Below are positions 38,701-52,905 of a stretch of 64,000 bases of DNA, one piece after another. How positions within the stretch are numbered: the first letter of the stretch is position 1; each line of letters starts with the position of its first letter. The notes under the pieces were generated by a model. That model searched no databases and had not been told where the DNA came from. It saw nothing but the letters and a program-made list of their open reading frames with translations. The translations under genes were made by a program, and so were the position numbers. The stretch is from the NCBI GenBank assembly GCA_950097015.1, contig CATNEN010000039.1, positions 20,212,001 to 20,276,000 on the forward strand, in the 5' to 3' direction. The stretch is from Macrostomum hystrix. Lineage: Eukaryota; Animalia; Platyhelminthes.

Positions 38701-41700
38701 GCGCGTCGATTGGCGAAACACAATGCGCAAAGTCTGAACGGACTCGAGCGGCGGGTGTCCGCCGTCCCGAACTGTGACGGTGAGCACCGGTGGCCGCGCC
38801 AAGATGGCCTGAGTCAGGGGCTGCACCAGGCTGATCAGCCCGCTGTCTGGGTCCACATGGAAGGGTCCAGCGTAGGCGGTGGATGAGCTCGTCGATGTTG
38901 ACGATGGTGCGGTGATGTAGTAAAATAGTCGACCATTGCCATCAGCGTCAGCGTCTTCAGCAACGAGGCGGCCGAGCTGGGCGGACAGCGGCGCGCCAGT
39001 CGGCACGACCAGGGTTCGATTCGCGCTAGACGGGAACAGGAATCTGGGCCGGCAGTCGTTAACGTCGTCCAGATCGATGATGACGGTGGCGCTAGCGCTT
39101 CGAACTGCTGACGGATGCGGAGGCGAGTCGGATACGACTACGGCAAGTTCGTAGCGCTCCTTGGTCTCGCGGTCCAGACGGTCCGAGACTGTGATTCGGC
39201 CGTCCGAGTGAACTCGAAACGGCAACCGGAGCGCCGCCGTGTTGCTATGCGATGACGATGCCAGTCGGTAGGTTAGGAGAGCGTTCGGTCCTTCGTCTGC
39301 ATCGGTTGCGTTTAACTGACCGATCAGGTGGCCTGGGAAAGTGTATCGGTTGCGCTTCTATGGTTATTTCAAAAATGCCTGGGTTCTTAGGCGTTTCAGG
39401 TGATACTTATTAAATAACAGGGAATAGTTACCAGTTAAATCCATAGGAACGAGGATTAGGAATTAGAACTGAAAATGACCCACCAGTGATACAAGAAAAA
39501 CGGATTCTGTATAACTTTGCTTCACGGGACTTGCTTTACCAAATATTTGGCCCATTTGCTAACTAAAAGGACACACTTCATCATTAGGAGAGCAGTCCTG
39601 ATTAAGCCTGCGTGCTCTGAGTGCTCATCGTGCAAGAGGATTCTTCAAATTACACCGGCGTGTGTCAGCCAGTCTACAGCTAGAGTCCAGTCACGCAAAC
39701 ACTATCAGTGCTCAGCGAAGCATGGCTAATGCTAAGCAATTTAAATTTCCAAGGTAATAATGCTTGCCGAGCACCATAATCTGATTTCTAACAAAAATGA
39801 ACAGATTTGAAAAAAAATTGTCGCTAACTGATTGCTTAGCATTTGGGGGTGCAAATGAGTTCCGAGATGAACATGAAACCCGTTTAGCATTTCAGCACAG
39901 TGCTCACCAATGGTTGCATTTTCTAGAACTCGGAACGCAAAGTAGCCCTGAATAACTGGATGATGATCGTTGTCATCCTTGACACGGACAATGACCCGGG
40001 CGCTGCCAGTGAGTGCCGGTAGGCCGTGATCAACAGCCAGTGCAGTGAACTCCAGCTGCGGGCGCGACTCTCTGTCCAGGCGCTCTCGCAGGCTCACCCG
40101 GCCGTCCGGAGTGACATCGAACGTGTTGGTGCCATTCAGTCTGTACGCCAGGCGAGCGTTCGCTCCGTAGTCTTTGTCACTGGCGCGCAGTACAAAGACC
40201 TCAGTGCCAACGCGAGTCCTCTCGTTAACGTTGAAGTGAAAGTGCTGCATAACAAACTCCGGCGCGTGATCGTTGACGTCCTCGATGTCGACGTGAACCG
40301 TACGGCTGACTGTATTGGACGGCCGGCCCATGTCCGCACACTGGATGACGGCGCTCACTGGTCGACTGTGAATGCCGTCGGCTTCTCGATCCAAAGAGCG
40401 GACCGTGGCCAGCTGATACAGCACGGGGTCCGCAGGGCCGAGTGGCTGACCAGCCGACCCGGATGCGGCAGAGACGGCCGAACCGGAAGATGACGGCTCC
40501 GAGGAGTCAAGGGGCTCCAGCGAGAACATGTCGCGACCGCGGGTCAGTTCACAATGCACCTGCAATGGTTGATTTTATCCTGTTCAGATGTACATTCGGT
40601 AGCATACTCGTAGTTTGTTTTCCGCTGTGCAGTCATTGGATTGTATTCGTTTTACTAATTATTCGTATTATAATTAGCCTGTGAACTCTCGACCTATCGG
40701 TGAGAAGTCTCTAAGTCTCTGGGCCCGCTGGACAAAACGCTACAAGTTCATTGCATAGGATACATTCATCGATGCTGAAGCAACTTGTTACCCACCCTGC
40801 CATTGTCTCCGGAGTCCTTGTCAGCCACAGTAACGATTGTGACAGTTCGCGGCGAGCTAAGGTTCTCCGACACGCTGACAGTGTCCGGATTGACGCTGAT
40901 GCTTGGCCGTTCGTCGTTGACATCCTCGACCCGGATGACAATCTGCGTGGCGCCCTGTCTTCTTGCGGCCGGGCTCTGGTCCTCGGCCACCACCTTGAAG
41001 CTGTGCTGCCTGGCTTGCTCGTAGTCGAGACTGCCGATGAGGCGTAGAACTCCAGTGGCCGAGTCCACCGCGAATAGGCCGTGGATTCGACGCTGTGCAA
41101 AGCTCGGTATCGAGTAAGTCAGCTTGGCATTCAAGCCGGCGTCACGGTCAGTCGCTTTCACCTGCAGGATCTGGTGAAATGGGGAGTAGATATGCCCTGA
41201 GACTCCCTAAGAGTTTTCCTATCTGCAAAAGGTCCCACGCTAAGCTCGATTCCACGGCGAGGCCACATAATTTTGTGAAATTTTTAATTCCTGAAAATAT
41301 TGTTATTACGAGTACGAACCGGCTTCTGGCTTCGCCTTCTACCATAGACTATGGACTCTTCTTGAATAAATAACTTCTAGCTGCCAATGGAAAGAATCAG
41401 CGGCCCAGCGCTAGACAGCGATTGTTTTGCGAGCACCAGCCATGCTCTGACACTCCTGAAGCTCTGACACTAGTCGTCTTGTTTCTTGATCATAATTAAA
41501 CTCCAAGACTGTGTGGGAAGCAACAAAAATGCATTCAACTTTTAAACTGGAATTGTTATTAAAAACTAGCTCAGGCAAATAAACAACACTCGGTTAAATT
41601 TTCCCTCACTTTAGCTTTGATTGAAAGCTTTCGATAGGGCATTGTGCTGCGTGATTTCCGGCGAAGCCACTTCAAGCTAGGTGGTGACTTCGTCACTAGA

Positions 41701-44039
41701 AGCACTTTAAATAGCCGCAACTTCCGCTGCCGCAAATTGACTCTTAACTCAGGACTGCAGTGATGTGTCGCCATCACGGTATTTTTAACTGACAGATTCA
41801 TTGCGACAATGTTCGGCTTTGGGTCTTATTCGAAAGGCACGATTTGGGAATCAAGTTAAGAAAGATTTTACGATCATTGGTTCCAGGTCAGATTCATAAA
41901 TTATTAACTAGCATCCTGGCTAGTGTTAGAATATGAGACTCTGGATTTCTTTCAAAGAGTTCGGTAAAAATTACTCTCGACATGCCGAGGACTTAGTCAC
42001 GGCTTGGTAATCTGATCCGATAATAAATATTCTAGACTTGGATTAATCACCTGACTCCTTACCCTTTATCCTCTTAGTCTGTCTCAAAACGATCTCTAAA
42101 CATGAAATTTGACACCGTCTCATACAATTTTATTTTCTTTTTGTCAGCTTCTCGACAATGACCTTCTGTGGCCTTGGAGGGGAAGGTTAAGCGATTATAG
42201 GCAGGCTTTAGAGCCAGGTCTAAGCCTTTAAAAGGTACTTTGTTTCCAAAACTTTGGAGCATGCGACTGATATCAACAGGTTAGATTGGCATTTTTCTAT
42301 TGTGGAATTTTTAACAATGCGTCGTGCTTGACCCAGCATGCCACTCTTGCTGGTGGTGTACAATCAAACGTTATTTGGAATGAATTGGGTTTGAGCTTTT
42401 GCCGTTTAGTTTCTGGTTTGTGAAGTTTGTGGTTTGTAAAGTTTGTGGTTTTTGAAGTTTGTGGTTTGTGAAGTTTCTGGTTTGTGAATTTAGTTTGTGA
42501 AGTTTCTAGTTTTTTACGTCGATTCTATACTACGTTGCTGTTGTGAGCAGTTTTTAAAGAAAAATTCACTTTGAGAACTGTCAAAGTTAGTGTATTGTGT
42601 AAATTTAATTTGAATAAAATCCTTATGACACTGCCAGACCAATTTTGCTCGCCACTAAATTCAGGCGTTCCTCAGTAACGCACCTCACTGCCAACTGGCA
42701 GATTTTCCCGAACAGTTTTTGAGTACTTTCGATGCTCGAACACCGGATATTCGTCGTTCTCGTCGGCTACAAGGACACGGACGCGGACGGTGCCGTTCAG
42801 CGGTGGATTGCCGCCATCGGAGGCCATCAGGGTGAATTCGTAGGAGTCGCGGCTTTCCCTGTCCAACGGCTGCCTCAGTACAAGTCGCAACGATTGGGCG
42901 TTTATGTTCGGATCGGCCATGGAAGACAGAGAAAGCGACGAAGACAGCGAAGACGAAGCGTCCGGGCCGCTGTACTCCAGCTCAAATTCTGGCGGTTGCG
43001 GCGGCAGGATTTCGTAGCGCTGCACGCCGAAGCGAATCGAGTCGGCATCTTCGGCCAGGGGTAGCGCGCGAGATTCACCAGGTGAGGCGGCTTCGCTAAA
43101 CTCGCGAGTCACCTCAAGTGAGCTCCAGCGTGGCGCATTGTCGTTGATGTCATTGATCGTCACGGCCAGACGGATGATGTAGGAGAACTCTTTGTCGGAT
43201 TGAACCTGCAGGTTAGCCAGGTTGTGTGGTTTAACAAGTTTTAGGAGGCTGAATTTCAAGGGACATTGGATTTTAGGTGATGGGCGGGTAGGGCAGTTGG
43301 GGTGTGAGGTAGTTTGTGCTTCGGGCGGTGGTGTGACATGGTGTGTGCTTTCCAGAGCCTGGATTGTTAACTGGCGCCATCGGGGATTTGGGATTTGGGC
43401 CAAAACAACGCCAAAGGCAGGAGCGCCGCAACCAACCTGCAGGGTGATGCGGCACTGAGCAGCTCGATCGCAGCAGGCTCCTGGCACCTCCTGGCAGAGG
43501 CGGTCCCGGTCAAGCCGGCGCGCCGTGGACAGCAGGCCGGTGGTGCGGTGCACCTTGAAGTAGCGCTCTGTTCCCGACGGTGCCGCGTTGAAGATCTGTC
43601 ATCAAGAAATTTAAGGGTTATCCTTGCTGATGACACGCCCATTTTTAGGCTACAGGTACAATTTGCGCCCATGAGGACCAAATCAAAACTGATTGTCCAC
43701 AGAGGAGTCAGCGGAGTGTACCACATTGTCTCTAGCTAGCTGGCTGCAAGTTAACAGTCACCAAATGATGCCCACAGCCCCTGCAAATATAGTTTTGAGC
43801 TAAATTCGCACCTGGAACTCAGTTCGTACGTAGGCAGGCAGCTGATGTCCCCGGCTTGCCAACAGGTTTCCAAGGTCTACAATGTCCCGATCCGATGGCA
43901 GCTCCTCGTCCAAGGTGCGGTCGCATTCTACCGAGGTGGAGGCGGACGCGGCTCCGGGCGCGAGGCAGACGGCAAGGAGAAACAGCGGCAGCTGCAGCCG
44001 GCGCAGCAACTGCAGCAGCAGCAGCGCCTGATCTGGCAT
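26779..44039 (-). CDS. Protocadherin (non-clustered, delta1-like architecture: signal peptide, 7 cadherin repeats, TM, low-complexity tail), about 1152 aa
   Basis: Exons: 44039-43812, 43595-43437, 43205-42684, 41170-40796, 40559-39908, 39332-38454, 33182-32974, 27366-27201, 27047-26779. Total 3459 nt = 1153 codons, all GT-AG, phases consistent. Ca-binding motifs: DINDNAP, DENDEYP, DVNDERP, DVNDHAP, DDNDHHP, DVNDCRP, LDRE/LDYE, AxDxD, DGGxP. TM: MVVIAGSLIAVTVAFVLMLLVAFALL. The last three exons are supported by splice phase and open frame only. Confidence 0.9.
27702..28352. repeat. 10-bp satellite (ATTCCATTCT)
   Basis: Direct inspection; lies in a protocadherin intron. Confidence 0.96.
28760..30349. 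repeat. 18-bp satellite (GATGAGATTAGATGAGAA)
   Basis: Direct inspection; degenerate left edge. Confidence 0.96.
30946..32690. repeat. ~24-bp pyrimidine-rich minisatellite (CCCTCTGTGTCTATCCCTTCATCT)
   Basis: Direct inspection. Confidence 0.95.
33267..33819. repeat. ~20-bp purine-rich minisatellite (GAGAAAGAGTGATGAGAGGG)
   Basis: Direct inspection. Confidence 0.93.
34351..35892. repeat. 41-bp minisatellite (CTCAACTGGCTTATCTCCCTCTCACCTGTGTGTCTGTTCCC)
   Basis: About 37 near-identical units. Confidence 0.96.
36623..37378. repeat. 10/20-bp degenerate satellite (GGAATGTCATAGAATGGYAG)
   Basis: Direct inspection. Confidence 0.92.
38092..38402. repeat. 20-bp degenerate repeat (TCACCGTCCTTATCTACCTG)
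   Basis: Direct inspection; lies about 50 bp from the donor site of the TM exon. Confidence 0.88.
41230..41268 (+). mobile_element. SINE head fragment (B-box region) in protocadherin intron
   Basis: aggtccc..ctaagctcgattccacggcgaggccacat matches the SINE head. Confidence 0.6.
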
Positions 44040-45505
44040 CCTGTGAGCCGGTCGGCGCCGTTTCGTCAACAGCGCCGTGTCAGTCAGTGCGGCCTGTGCC
44101 AAATCGCCAAACGGGGACAGTCTGTCGGAGTTGTCTTTTATCAAGACTCTTGGCTTCTTATTTTCTACTTCTAAGATGAACAAGCCAGCCAATCCCCGAC
44201 TGCGGCATCACCCCACCCCCACGTTTCCCCTCGGCCTATCCTTGCGGGGATATTTCAGACTAGGGGGGAGTTTTTTGGGGCGACGAGTCAAGCCTTAGCC
44301 TTGGCTTTCCCTTCCAGACTGTCGCCGTGTCGTCTCGAATTGCATCTGCATCCGCTTCGATAAAACTTCGCCTAGGATGGAGGGGATATGATGGAGGCTA
44401 ACCGAGGGGTCACGTGATCGACTCTGGGATATTATCCCCGCTGGCTATTTTAGAAGGCTGCATGATCGCTGCTCAGTCAAGCGGTTATTGGCTAACCCCG
44501 CAAAAGTGGCTCTTGACCCGGCGTATGTCAGGGGCCTCGGTCGCCACTTTTCATCTGACCAGCTAAACACAGCAGATCTCAGAGCTTCCTAGAAATAATC
44601 TCTAGATTGTAATTAATCGAAAACAAGCAAATCTGTTTTCTTTGCAAAGTGGTGAAAGATACGTCTCTATACCTCTATCCCCAGACTAGTAGATTAGCCA
44701 TCCTATTTATTTTCAAGGACAAGATAATATTGGAACATTTAAAAACAAGGCAGAAAAACACCGTCTTAATCCGTGCAGTTCAGACTTTACCCCTGATTGA
44801 CATCTAACCGAAAAATCTACACGCTATTTTTGCTTAGCTTTGGCGTCATAAATTTAGAAGAGAAACTGAGAGAAGAACTTACAACAAATCGACTTTCGCT
44901 TTCTTCGATCCATAATTTTCTTCTGGAAAGCTGAAGAGAATTGTTAATTAACAGAGCTTGGGTTCCTATAGGTTGGTGGGGCCGTGCTTTCTCCCACCTC
45001 AAACTCAAAGGTTTGACTCGTTGATAGCTGCGCGGTTTGAAGTGGATTTGAATTGCGGACCGCACAAACAGTTCCTTGTGCTGTTCCGCAGCAATTCATG
45101 CGATCCACTTGGCACAGTTTAAAGACTCTCAGGATCTGGCGGGCAGTACCTACAACTCGCTTGTAACGACTTCCCCAGTTTGGGAGGAAAAACAACCTTA
45201 TTTTTTTTCTTTAGCCTAGGGAAGAATTTGATCCTAGCGAGAAATTTTGACAAAAAATCTTTAGTTGCCACATCTGTGTTGGCAAACACGGCGGGAGTGA
45301 GATTTCGATTAATTTTTTTCCTGTCAGTTTGGGAGTCACACGAGCCGCTTCAAGGGGCGCGGGTATTGGTGAATTGCGATAGTCTCGGAGGCAAACAAAA
45401 CTCTCTTGTCTTGTCCAGCCAATTTATCTAACCTTTGTCAAGGAAAAACCTACCTTTGTAAAATTCTTCAAGTGACTCAATGAGCAAACAAGAGTGTTAT
45501 GACCG

Positions 45506-45790
45506 CAGGGGTGTCAGTAATGGTGTCAATAGGTATGTCAGCAGCGGTGTCAGTAATGGTGTCTCTGGAGCGGTGTCAATAGGTATCGCAGCAAGGGTGT
45601 CAGTAATGGTGTCTCTGGAGCGGTGTCAATAGGTATGTCAGCAGGGGTGTCAGTAAGGGTGTCTCTGGAGCGGTGTCAATAGGTATGTCAGCAGGGGTGT
45701 CAGTAAGGGTGTCTCTGGAGCGGTGTCAATAGGCATGTCAGCAGGGGGTGTCAAGTAATAGTGTCAATAGGTATGTCAGTAGGGGTGTCA
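45506..45790. repeat. 50-bp tandem repeat built from GGTGTC sub-units
   Basis: cagtaa(t/g)ggtgtctctggagcggtgtcaataggtatgtcagcaggggtgt, about 4 units plus degenerate flanks. Confidence 0.85.
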
Positions 45791-47354
45791 TTAGGTTTGT
45801 CAGAACCGATGTAAGCATCAGCGTCAGTAATTATTGTCAGCAGGGATGTCAGCCGGTGTGTCAGCGAGTGTGTCGTCAGCAGCGACATCAACTGGTGTGT
45901 GAGTTTGTGACAGAAAGCTTTGGGAAGAGTACCAGCGAATTACTTTGAATGTGAGGATTGGTACCAAAAATCTTCTCAATCATGATGGATGTCAGAAGGT
46001 TCTGTCTGCTCGAAGCTCAGAAAAGTACACACGTCAGCGGCGGTGTCAGGGGGTGTCCAACCAAAAGCAATATCAGTTAGATGTCCCAACTGTGGGATTA
46101 TAGGACTTTATTGTGCTAAATAATTCCCAGATTTCCCAGTAAAAAAGCAACTTGAAAGAGGCCCGTTAATAGGCCCAGGTCGATTTTTCGACCAATTTCT
46201 CTCTGGCTAGAGCCGCATTCGATACAACAATATCTCATCTCTTTGAACTGACAATGGCACACTGCAGATGCTGGAATGCTATTTTACAGACTCATTCTCC
46301 ACCCTTTCATTAACCAGCTGAGCTCGAGCATTCACTGCTCAATCTTCCTTGAAGAAATTTTGCTCTTTTTGAGTTTGGGGGTTGCATTTGCCGGCCTAAA
46401 TCCCCTCCGCCTACGCCAGCCCAGATAATGGCTTAGCAACAATAAGGGGCAAGAAATTACAGGGCTCCCATACTCCGACCATGCTCAACTTTTGAGTAGG
46501 CAAACTACAAAGCCATGAGAAAAATGTGAGCTACACAAATAATAATTTATAAAGGTTTCGCAACAGGAAAAAACATAATGCTCGTAGCAAGCAAAAATGT
46601 TGCTAACTAATGTTCCTGTTGTCATTCTGCTCTTTTTGCGAAAGCAATAAAAAGTATACTCACCATTCGGCTGATGGTCGGTGTCTAAAGTATTTTAATG
46701 CGAGTCGGCTATTCCAGATGACAACAGCCACTAGATACTAGAGACCTATTCAGTGATATGCTGAGCATTTCATTTAGTCCACTTTGTTATATAATGTAAA
46801 AACCAAACAGGATAAGCCAGCCAATCAGAACTGTACTTGGTCTGAATGCGGAGCTAGCCCTACCTCATAGCCTCTAGTCACCCTCCATGCTCAAAGTTAT
46901 GCTCCATTTTTTTCAACTATTTAGCTGACAAAATGGCAGACCCAGGCACTGGTCTGTGAGGGTGGGGTAGGTTTGGTGAGTGTGAATAATAACCTCAAGC
47001 ATCGATGGCTATGATGCGGCTCCATCTTTTATTGGGATATTTAAATGTATATACGCTCGTAGATGAGCAGCAAAATATTTTTCATCTTCTGCCTGAGTGC
47101 CTGCTGGATAGAAAAATAGAGAAAGATAGCTAGATAGAGTCAAGTGACAGATATGCGAGGTTTCAAAGGCCTAGCCTGAGACAGGGTTACTAAAATCAAT
47201 TTCAGTTGCATTTTTTTGTAAATAATGAGCAGCTTAGATGAGCATACCTCTCTGATGGCGTATTTTTGAGTTAGTCTTCGTTTTTTGCTTCGGTCGTCTT
47301 TTTATTAAAAATGTCCTGAAAACTTTGATCTGTTTCTCTGCAGTATCAACCCTT

Positions 47355-50300
47355 TCTATCTAATCTATACCTCTCTATCTAATCTACCTGTCTATCTAAT
47401 CTACCTGTCTATCTAATTTAATCTAATCTACCTGTCTATCTAATCTACCTGTCTATCTAATCTGCCTGTCTATCTAATTTAATCTAATCTACCTCTCAAT
47501 CTAATCTACCTGTCTATCTAATCTACCTGTCTATCTAATCTGCCTGTCTATCTAATTTAATCTAATCTACCTGTCTATCTAATCTACCTGTCTATCTAAT
47601 CTGCCTGTCTATCTAATTTAATCTAATCTACCTCTCAATCTAATCTACCTGTCTATCTAATCTAATCTACCTCTCAATCTAATATACCTGTCTATCTAAT
47701 CTAATCTATCTACCTCTCTATCTAATCTACCTCTCTATCTAATCTACCTCTCTATCTAATCTACCTCTCTCATCTATCTAATCTACCTTTCTCATCTATC
47801 TAATCTACCTCTCTCATCTATCTAATCTACCTTTCTCATCTATCTAATCTACCTCTCTCATCTATCTAATCTACCTCTCTCATCTATCTAATCTACCTTT
47901 CTCATCTATCTAATCTACCTCTCTCATCTATCTAATCTACCTCTCTCATCTATCTAATCTACCTCTCTCATCTATCTAATCTACCTCTCTCATCTATCTA
48001 ATCTACCTCTCATCTATCTAATCTACCTCTCTCATCTATCGAATCTACCTCTCTCATCTATCTAATCTACCTCTCTCATCTATCGAATCTACCTCTCTCA
48101 TCTATCTAATCTACCTCGCATCTATCTAATCTACCTCTCTCATCTATCGAATCTACCTCTCATCTATCTAATCTACCTCTCTCATCTATCGAATCTACCT
48201 CTCTCATCTATCTAATCTACCTCTCATCTATCTAATCTACCTCTCTCATCTATCGAATCTACCTCTCTCATCTATCTAATCTACCTCTCTCATCTATCGA
48301 ATCTACCTCTCTCATCTATCTAATCTACCTCGCATCTATCTAATCTACCTCTCTCATCTATCGAATCTACCTCTCATCTATCTAATCTACCTCTCTCATC
48401 TATCGAATCTACCTCTCTCATCTATCTAATCTACCTCTCATCTATCTAATCTACCTCTCTCATCTATCGAATCTACCTCTCTCATCTATCTAATCTACCT
48501 CTCATCTATCTAATCTACCTCTCTCATCTATCTAATCTACCTCTCTCATCTATCTAATCTACCTCGCATCTATCTAATCTACCTCTCTCATCTATCGAAT
48601 CTACCTCTCTCATCTATCTAATCTACCTCTCTCATCTATCTAATCTACCTCTCTCATCTATCTAATCTACCTCTCTCATCTATCTAATCTACCTTTCTCA
48701 TCTATCTAATCTACCTCTCTCATCTATCTAATCTACCTCTCTCATCTATCTAATCTACCTCTCTCATCTATCTAATCTACCTCTCATCTATCTAATCTAC
48801 CTCTCTCATCTATCGAATCTACCTCTCTCATCTATCTAATCTACCTTTCTCATCTATCTAATCTACCTCTCTCATCTATCTAATCTACCTCTCTTATCTA
48901 TCTAATCTACCTCTCTCATCTATCGAATCTACCTCTCTCATCTATCGAATCTACCTCTCTCATCTATCTAATCTACCTCTCTCATCTATCGAATCTACCT
49001 CTCTCATCTATCTAATCTACCTCTCATCTATCTAATCTACCTCTCTCATCTATCTAATCTACCTCTCTCATCTATCGAATCTACCTCTCTCATCTATCTA
49101 ATCTACCTCGCATCTATCTAATCTACCTCTCTCATCTATCTAATCTACCTCTCTCATCTATCGAATCTACCTCTCTCATCTATCGAATCTACCTCTCTCA
49201 TCTATCTAATCTACCTCTCTCATCTATCTAATCTACCTTTCTCATCTATCTAATCTACCTCTCTCATCTATCTAATCTACCTCTCTCATCTATCTAATCT
49301 ACCTCTCTCATCTATCTAATCTACCTCTCATCTATCTAATCTACCTCTCTCATCTATCGAATCTACCTCTCTCATCTATCGAATCTACCTCTCTCATCTA
49401 TCTAATCTACCTCTCATCTATCTAATCTACCTCTCATCTATCTAATCTACCTCTCTCATCTATCTAATCTACCTCTCTCATCTATCTAATCTACCTCTCT
49501 CATCTATCTAATCTACCTCTCTCATCTATCTAATCTACCTTTCTCATCTATCTAATCTACCTCTCTCATCTATCTAATCTACCTTTCTCATCTATCTAAT
49601 CTACCTCTCTCATCTATCTAATCTACCTCTCTCATCTATCTAATCTACCTCTCTCATCTATCTAATCTACCTCTCATCTATCTAATCTACCTCTCTCATC
49701 TATCGAATCTACCTCTCTCATCTATCTAATCTACCTTTCTCATCTATCTAATCTACCTCTCTCATCTATCTAATCTACCTCTCTCATCTATCTAATCTAC
49801 CTCTCTCATCTATCTAATCTACCTCTCATCTATCTAATCTACCTCTCTCATCTATCGAATCTACCTCTCTCATCTATCGAATCTACCTCTCTCATCTATC
49901 TAATCTACCTCTCTCATCTATCGAATCTACCTCTCTCATCTATCTAATCTACCTCTCTCATCTATCGAATCTACCTCTCTCATCTATCTAATCTACCTCT
50001 CTCATCTATCTAATCTACCTCGCATCTATCTAATCTACCTCTCTCATCTATCGAATCTACCTCTCTCATCTATCTAATCTACCTCTCTCATCTATCTAAT
50101 CTACCTCTCTCATCTATCTAATCTACCTCTCTCATCTATCTAATCTACCTTTCTCATCTATCTAATCTACCTCTCTCATCTATCTAATCTACCTCTCTCA
50201 TCTATCTAATCTACCTCTCTCATCTATCTAATCTACCTCTCATCTATCTAATCTACCTCTCTCATCTATCGAATCTACCTCTCTCATCTATCGAATCTAC

Positions 50301-50525
50301 CTCTCTCATCTATCTAATCTACCTCTCATCTATCTAATCTACCTCTCTCATCTATCTAATCTACCTCTCTCATCTATCTAATCTACCTCTCTCATCTATC
50401 TAATCTACCTCTCTCATCTATCTAATCTACCTCTCTTATCTATCTAATCTACCTCTTTCATCTATCTAATCTACCTCTCTCATCTATCTAATCTACCTCT
50501 CTCATCTATCTAATCTACCTGTCTC
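47355..50525. repeat. Compound satellite: 17-bp (CTGTCTATCTAATCTAC) changing to 22-bp (CTCTCTCATCTATCTAATCTAC)
   Basis: The unit change occurs near 47760. Confidence 0.96.
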
Positions 50526-50807
50526 TATCCAATCAATGAGCTTATTGTCGCTAATCTACTAAATTATCTATATTATCTGCTCAATTGTTCTACTCAATGT
50601 TATCTAATCTAAGCTAATCAAATGCCTTTGTTCATTATATTATTCTCCACTAGCCCCTAATCCATTCCTAGCTACATCTATACTCCAAAAAAGTTAAGTG
50701 TAACTGAAAATGGACTTGCAGCTATAGACAATGTAAGCTGTGGGACGTACAGCTGATGTCAGTTGCAGGTTTGCTAGTCGTGATGCGGGCAGGCCGCTTA
50801 AAAAAAC

Positions 50808-50894
50808 AGCAGCCAGTATGTGGCAGCCAGTATGTGGCAGCCAGTATGTGGCAGCCAGTATGTGGCAGCCAGTATGTGGCAGCCAGTATGTGGC
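50808..50894. repeat. 14-bp tandem repeat (GCAGCCAGTATGTG) x6
   Basis: Direct inspection. Confidence 0.9.
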
Positions 50895-51455
50895 TGCTGT
50901 TTGATACGCTAACGTGGGGACAAAAGGCAGTTTTGGGGATAGCGGGATTGGTTTTGAGTTGGGGAATAATTATGGAATTATCAGACCTCATGACTGACGG
51001 GGTTGGTGGCTCCTGTTGGCCACAACTGATCTCTTTAAGTGACAAGCTAGAACTGCTCACAGTAATACACATTCAAGTGTATTTGCGGATAATTTAGGGA
51101 TAATAAATTTCTATAATATGGGCTTTTAGTTTTAGTCTTTAATTATCCAATGCTTGGTGCCACGCTGTTAAATCAATGACGGGAAGTTTAGCAAAGCCAC
51201 TAAATTCTGGTATTTAATGTTTCTCTGCCTTCCCGCAGACGCTCAACACAATTGTCATTTAGTATTTTATTAATGGAATTATTGCAATTAGCAAGTGATG
51301 ACTAACATGTTGATATCGGACTTAATTACTGGAACTCTTATCTTTTAGGAACGCAAAGTTTTTTTTTAATAAGTAGCCTAAAATTCTCAGGTTTGAGCAG
51401 AGGACGAAAATGAAATTAATCGAGACTTTAACATCAAAATTTTGGATTCATTTGA

Positions 51456-52905
51456 GTAGTCTCTTATCCTACTTTGAGCAGCTTCATCACAACTTTAAGC
51501 AGTCTCATCTCTACTTTGAGCAGTCTCTAATCCTACTTTGAGCAGTCTCTAATCCTACTTTGAGCAGTCTCTAATCCTACTTTGAGCAGTCTCTAATCCT
51601 ACTTTGAGCAGTCTCTAATCCTACTTTGAGCAGCATCTTATCCTACTTTGAGCAGTCTCTAATCCTACTTTGAGCAGTCTCTAATCCTACTTTGAGCAGC
51701 ATCTTATCCTACTTTGAGCAGTATCTAATCCTACTTTGAGCAGTCTCTAATCCTACTTTGAGCAGTCTCTAATCCTACTTTGAGCAGTCTCTAATCCTAC
51801 TTTGAGCAGTCTCTAATCCTACTTTGAGCAGCATCTTATCCTACTTTGAGCAGTATCTAATCCTACTTTGAGCAGTCTCTAATCCTACTTTGAGCAGTCT
51901 CTAATCCTACTTTGAGCAGCATCTTATCCTACTTTGAGCAGTCTCTAATCCTACTTTGAGCAGTCTCTAATCCTACTTTGAGCAGCATCTTATCCTACTT
52001 TGAGCAGTCTCTAATCCTACTTTGAGCAGTCTCTAATCCTACTTTGAGCAGTCTCTAATCCTACTTTGAGCAGTCTCTAATCCTACTTTGAGCAGTCTCT
52101 AATCCTACTTTGAGCAGTGTCTTATTCTACTTTGAGCAGTATCTAATCCTACGAGCTACTTTGAGCAGTATATAATCCTACTTTGAGCAGCATCTTATCC
52201 TACTTTGAGCAGTATCTAATCCTACTTTGAGCAGTCTCTAATCCTACTTTGAGCAGTCTCTAATCCTACTTTGAGCAGCATCTTATGCTACTTTGAGCAG
52301 TATCTAAATCCTACGAGCTACTTTGAGCAGTATATAATCCTACTTTGAGCAGCATCTTATCCTACTTTGAGCAGTATCTAATCCTACTTTGAGCAGTCTC
52401 TAATCCTACTTTGAGCAGTCTCTAATCCTACTTTGAGCAGCATCTTATGCTACTTTGAGCAGTATCTAATCCTACGAGCTACTTTGAGCAGTATATAATC
52501 CTACTTTGAGCAGCATCTTATCCTACTTTGAGCAGTCTCTAATCCTACTTTGAGCAGTCTCTAATCCTACTTTGAGCAGTCTCTAATCCTACTTTGAGCA
52601 GTCTCTAATCCTACTTTGAGCAGTGTCTTATTCTACTTTGAGCAGTCTCTAATCCTACTTTGAGCAGCCTCTAATCCTACTTTGAGCAGTCTCTAATCCT
52701 ACTTTGAGCAGTCTCTAATCCTACTTTGAGCAGTCTCTAATCCTACTTTGAGCAGTATGTAATCCTACTTTGAGCAGCATCTTATCCTAATTTGAGCAGT
52801 ATCTAATCCTACTTTGAGCAGCATCTAATCCTACTTTGAGCAGCATCTAATCCTACTTTGAGCATTATCTAATCCTACTTTGAGCAGTATCTAATCCTAC
52901 TTTCA
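51456..52905. repeat. 22-bp minisatellite (CTACTTTGAGCAGTCTCTAATC)
   Basis: About 65 units with degenerate edges. Confidence 0.96.

Noticed and set aside
44040-44192. Upstream extension of protocadherin exon 1 in the ORF track
   Set aside because: It begins at a non-ATG codon. The ATG at 44039 is directly followed by a signal-peptide-like hydrophobic stretch.
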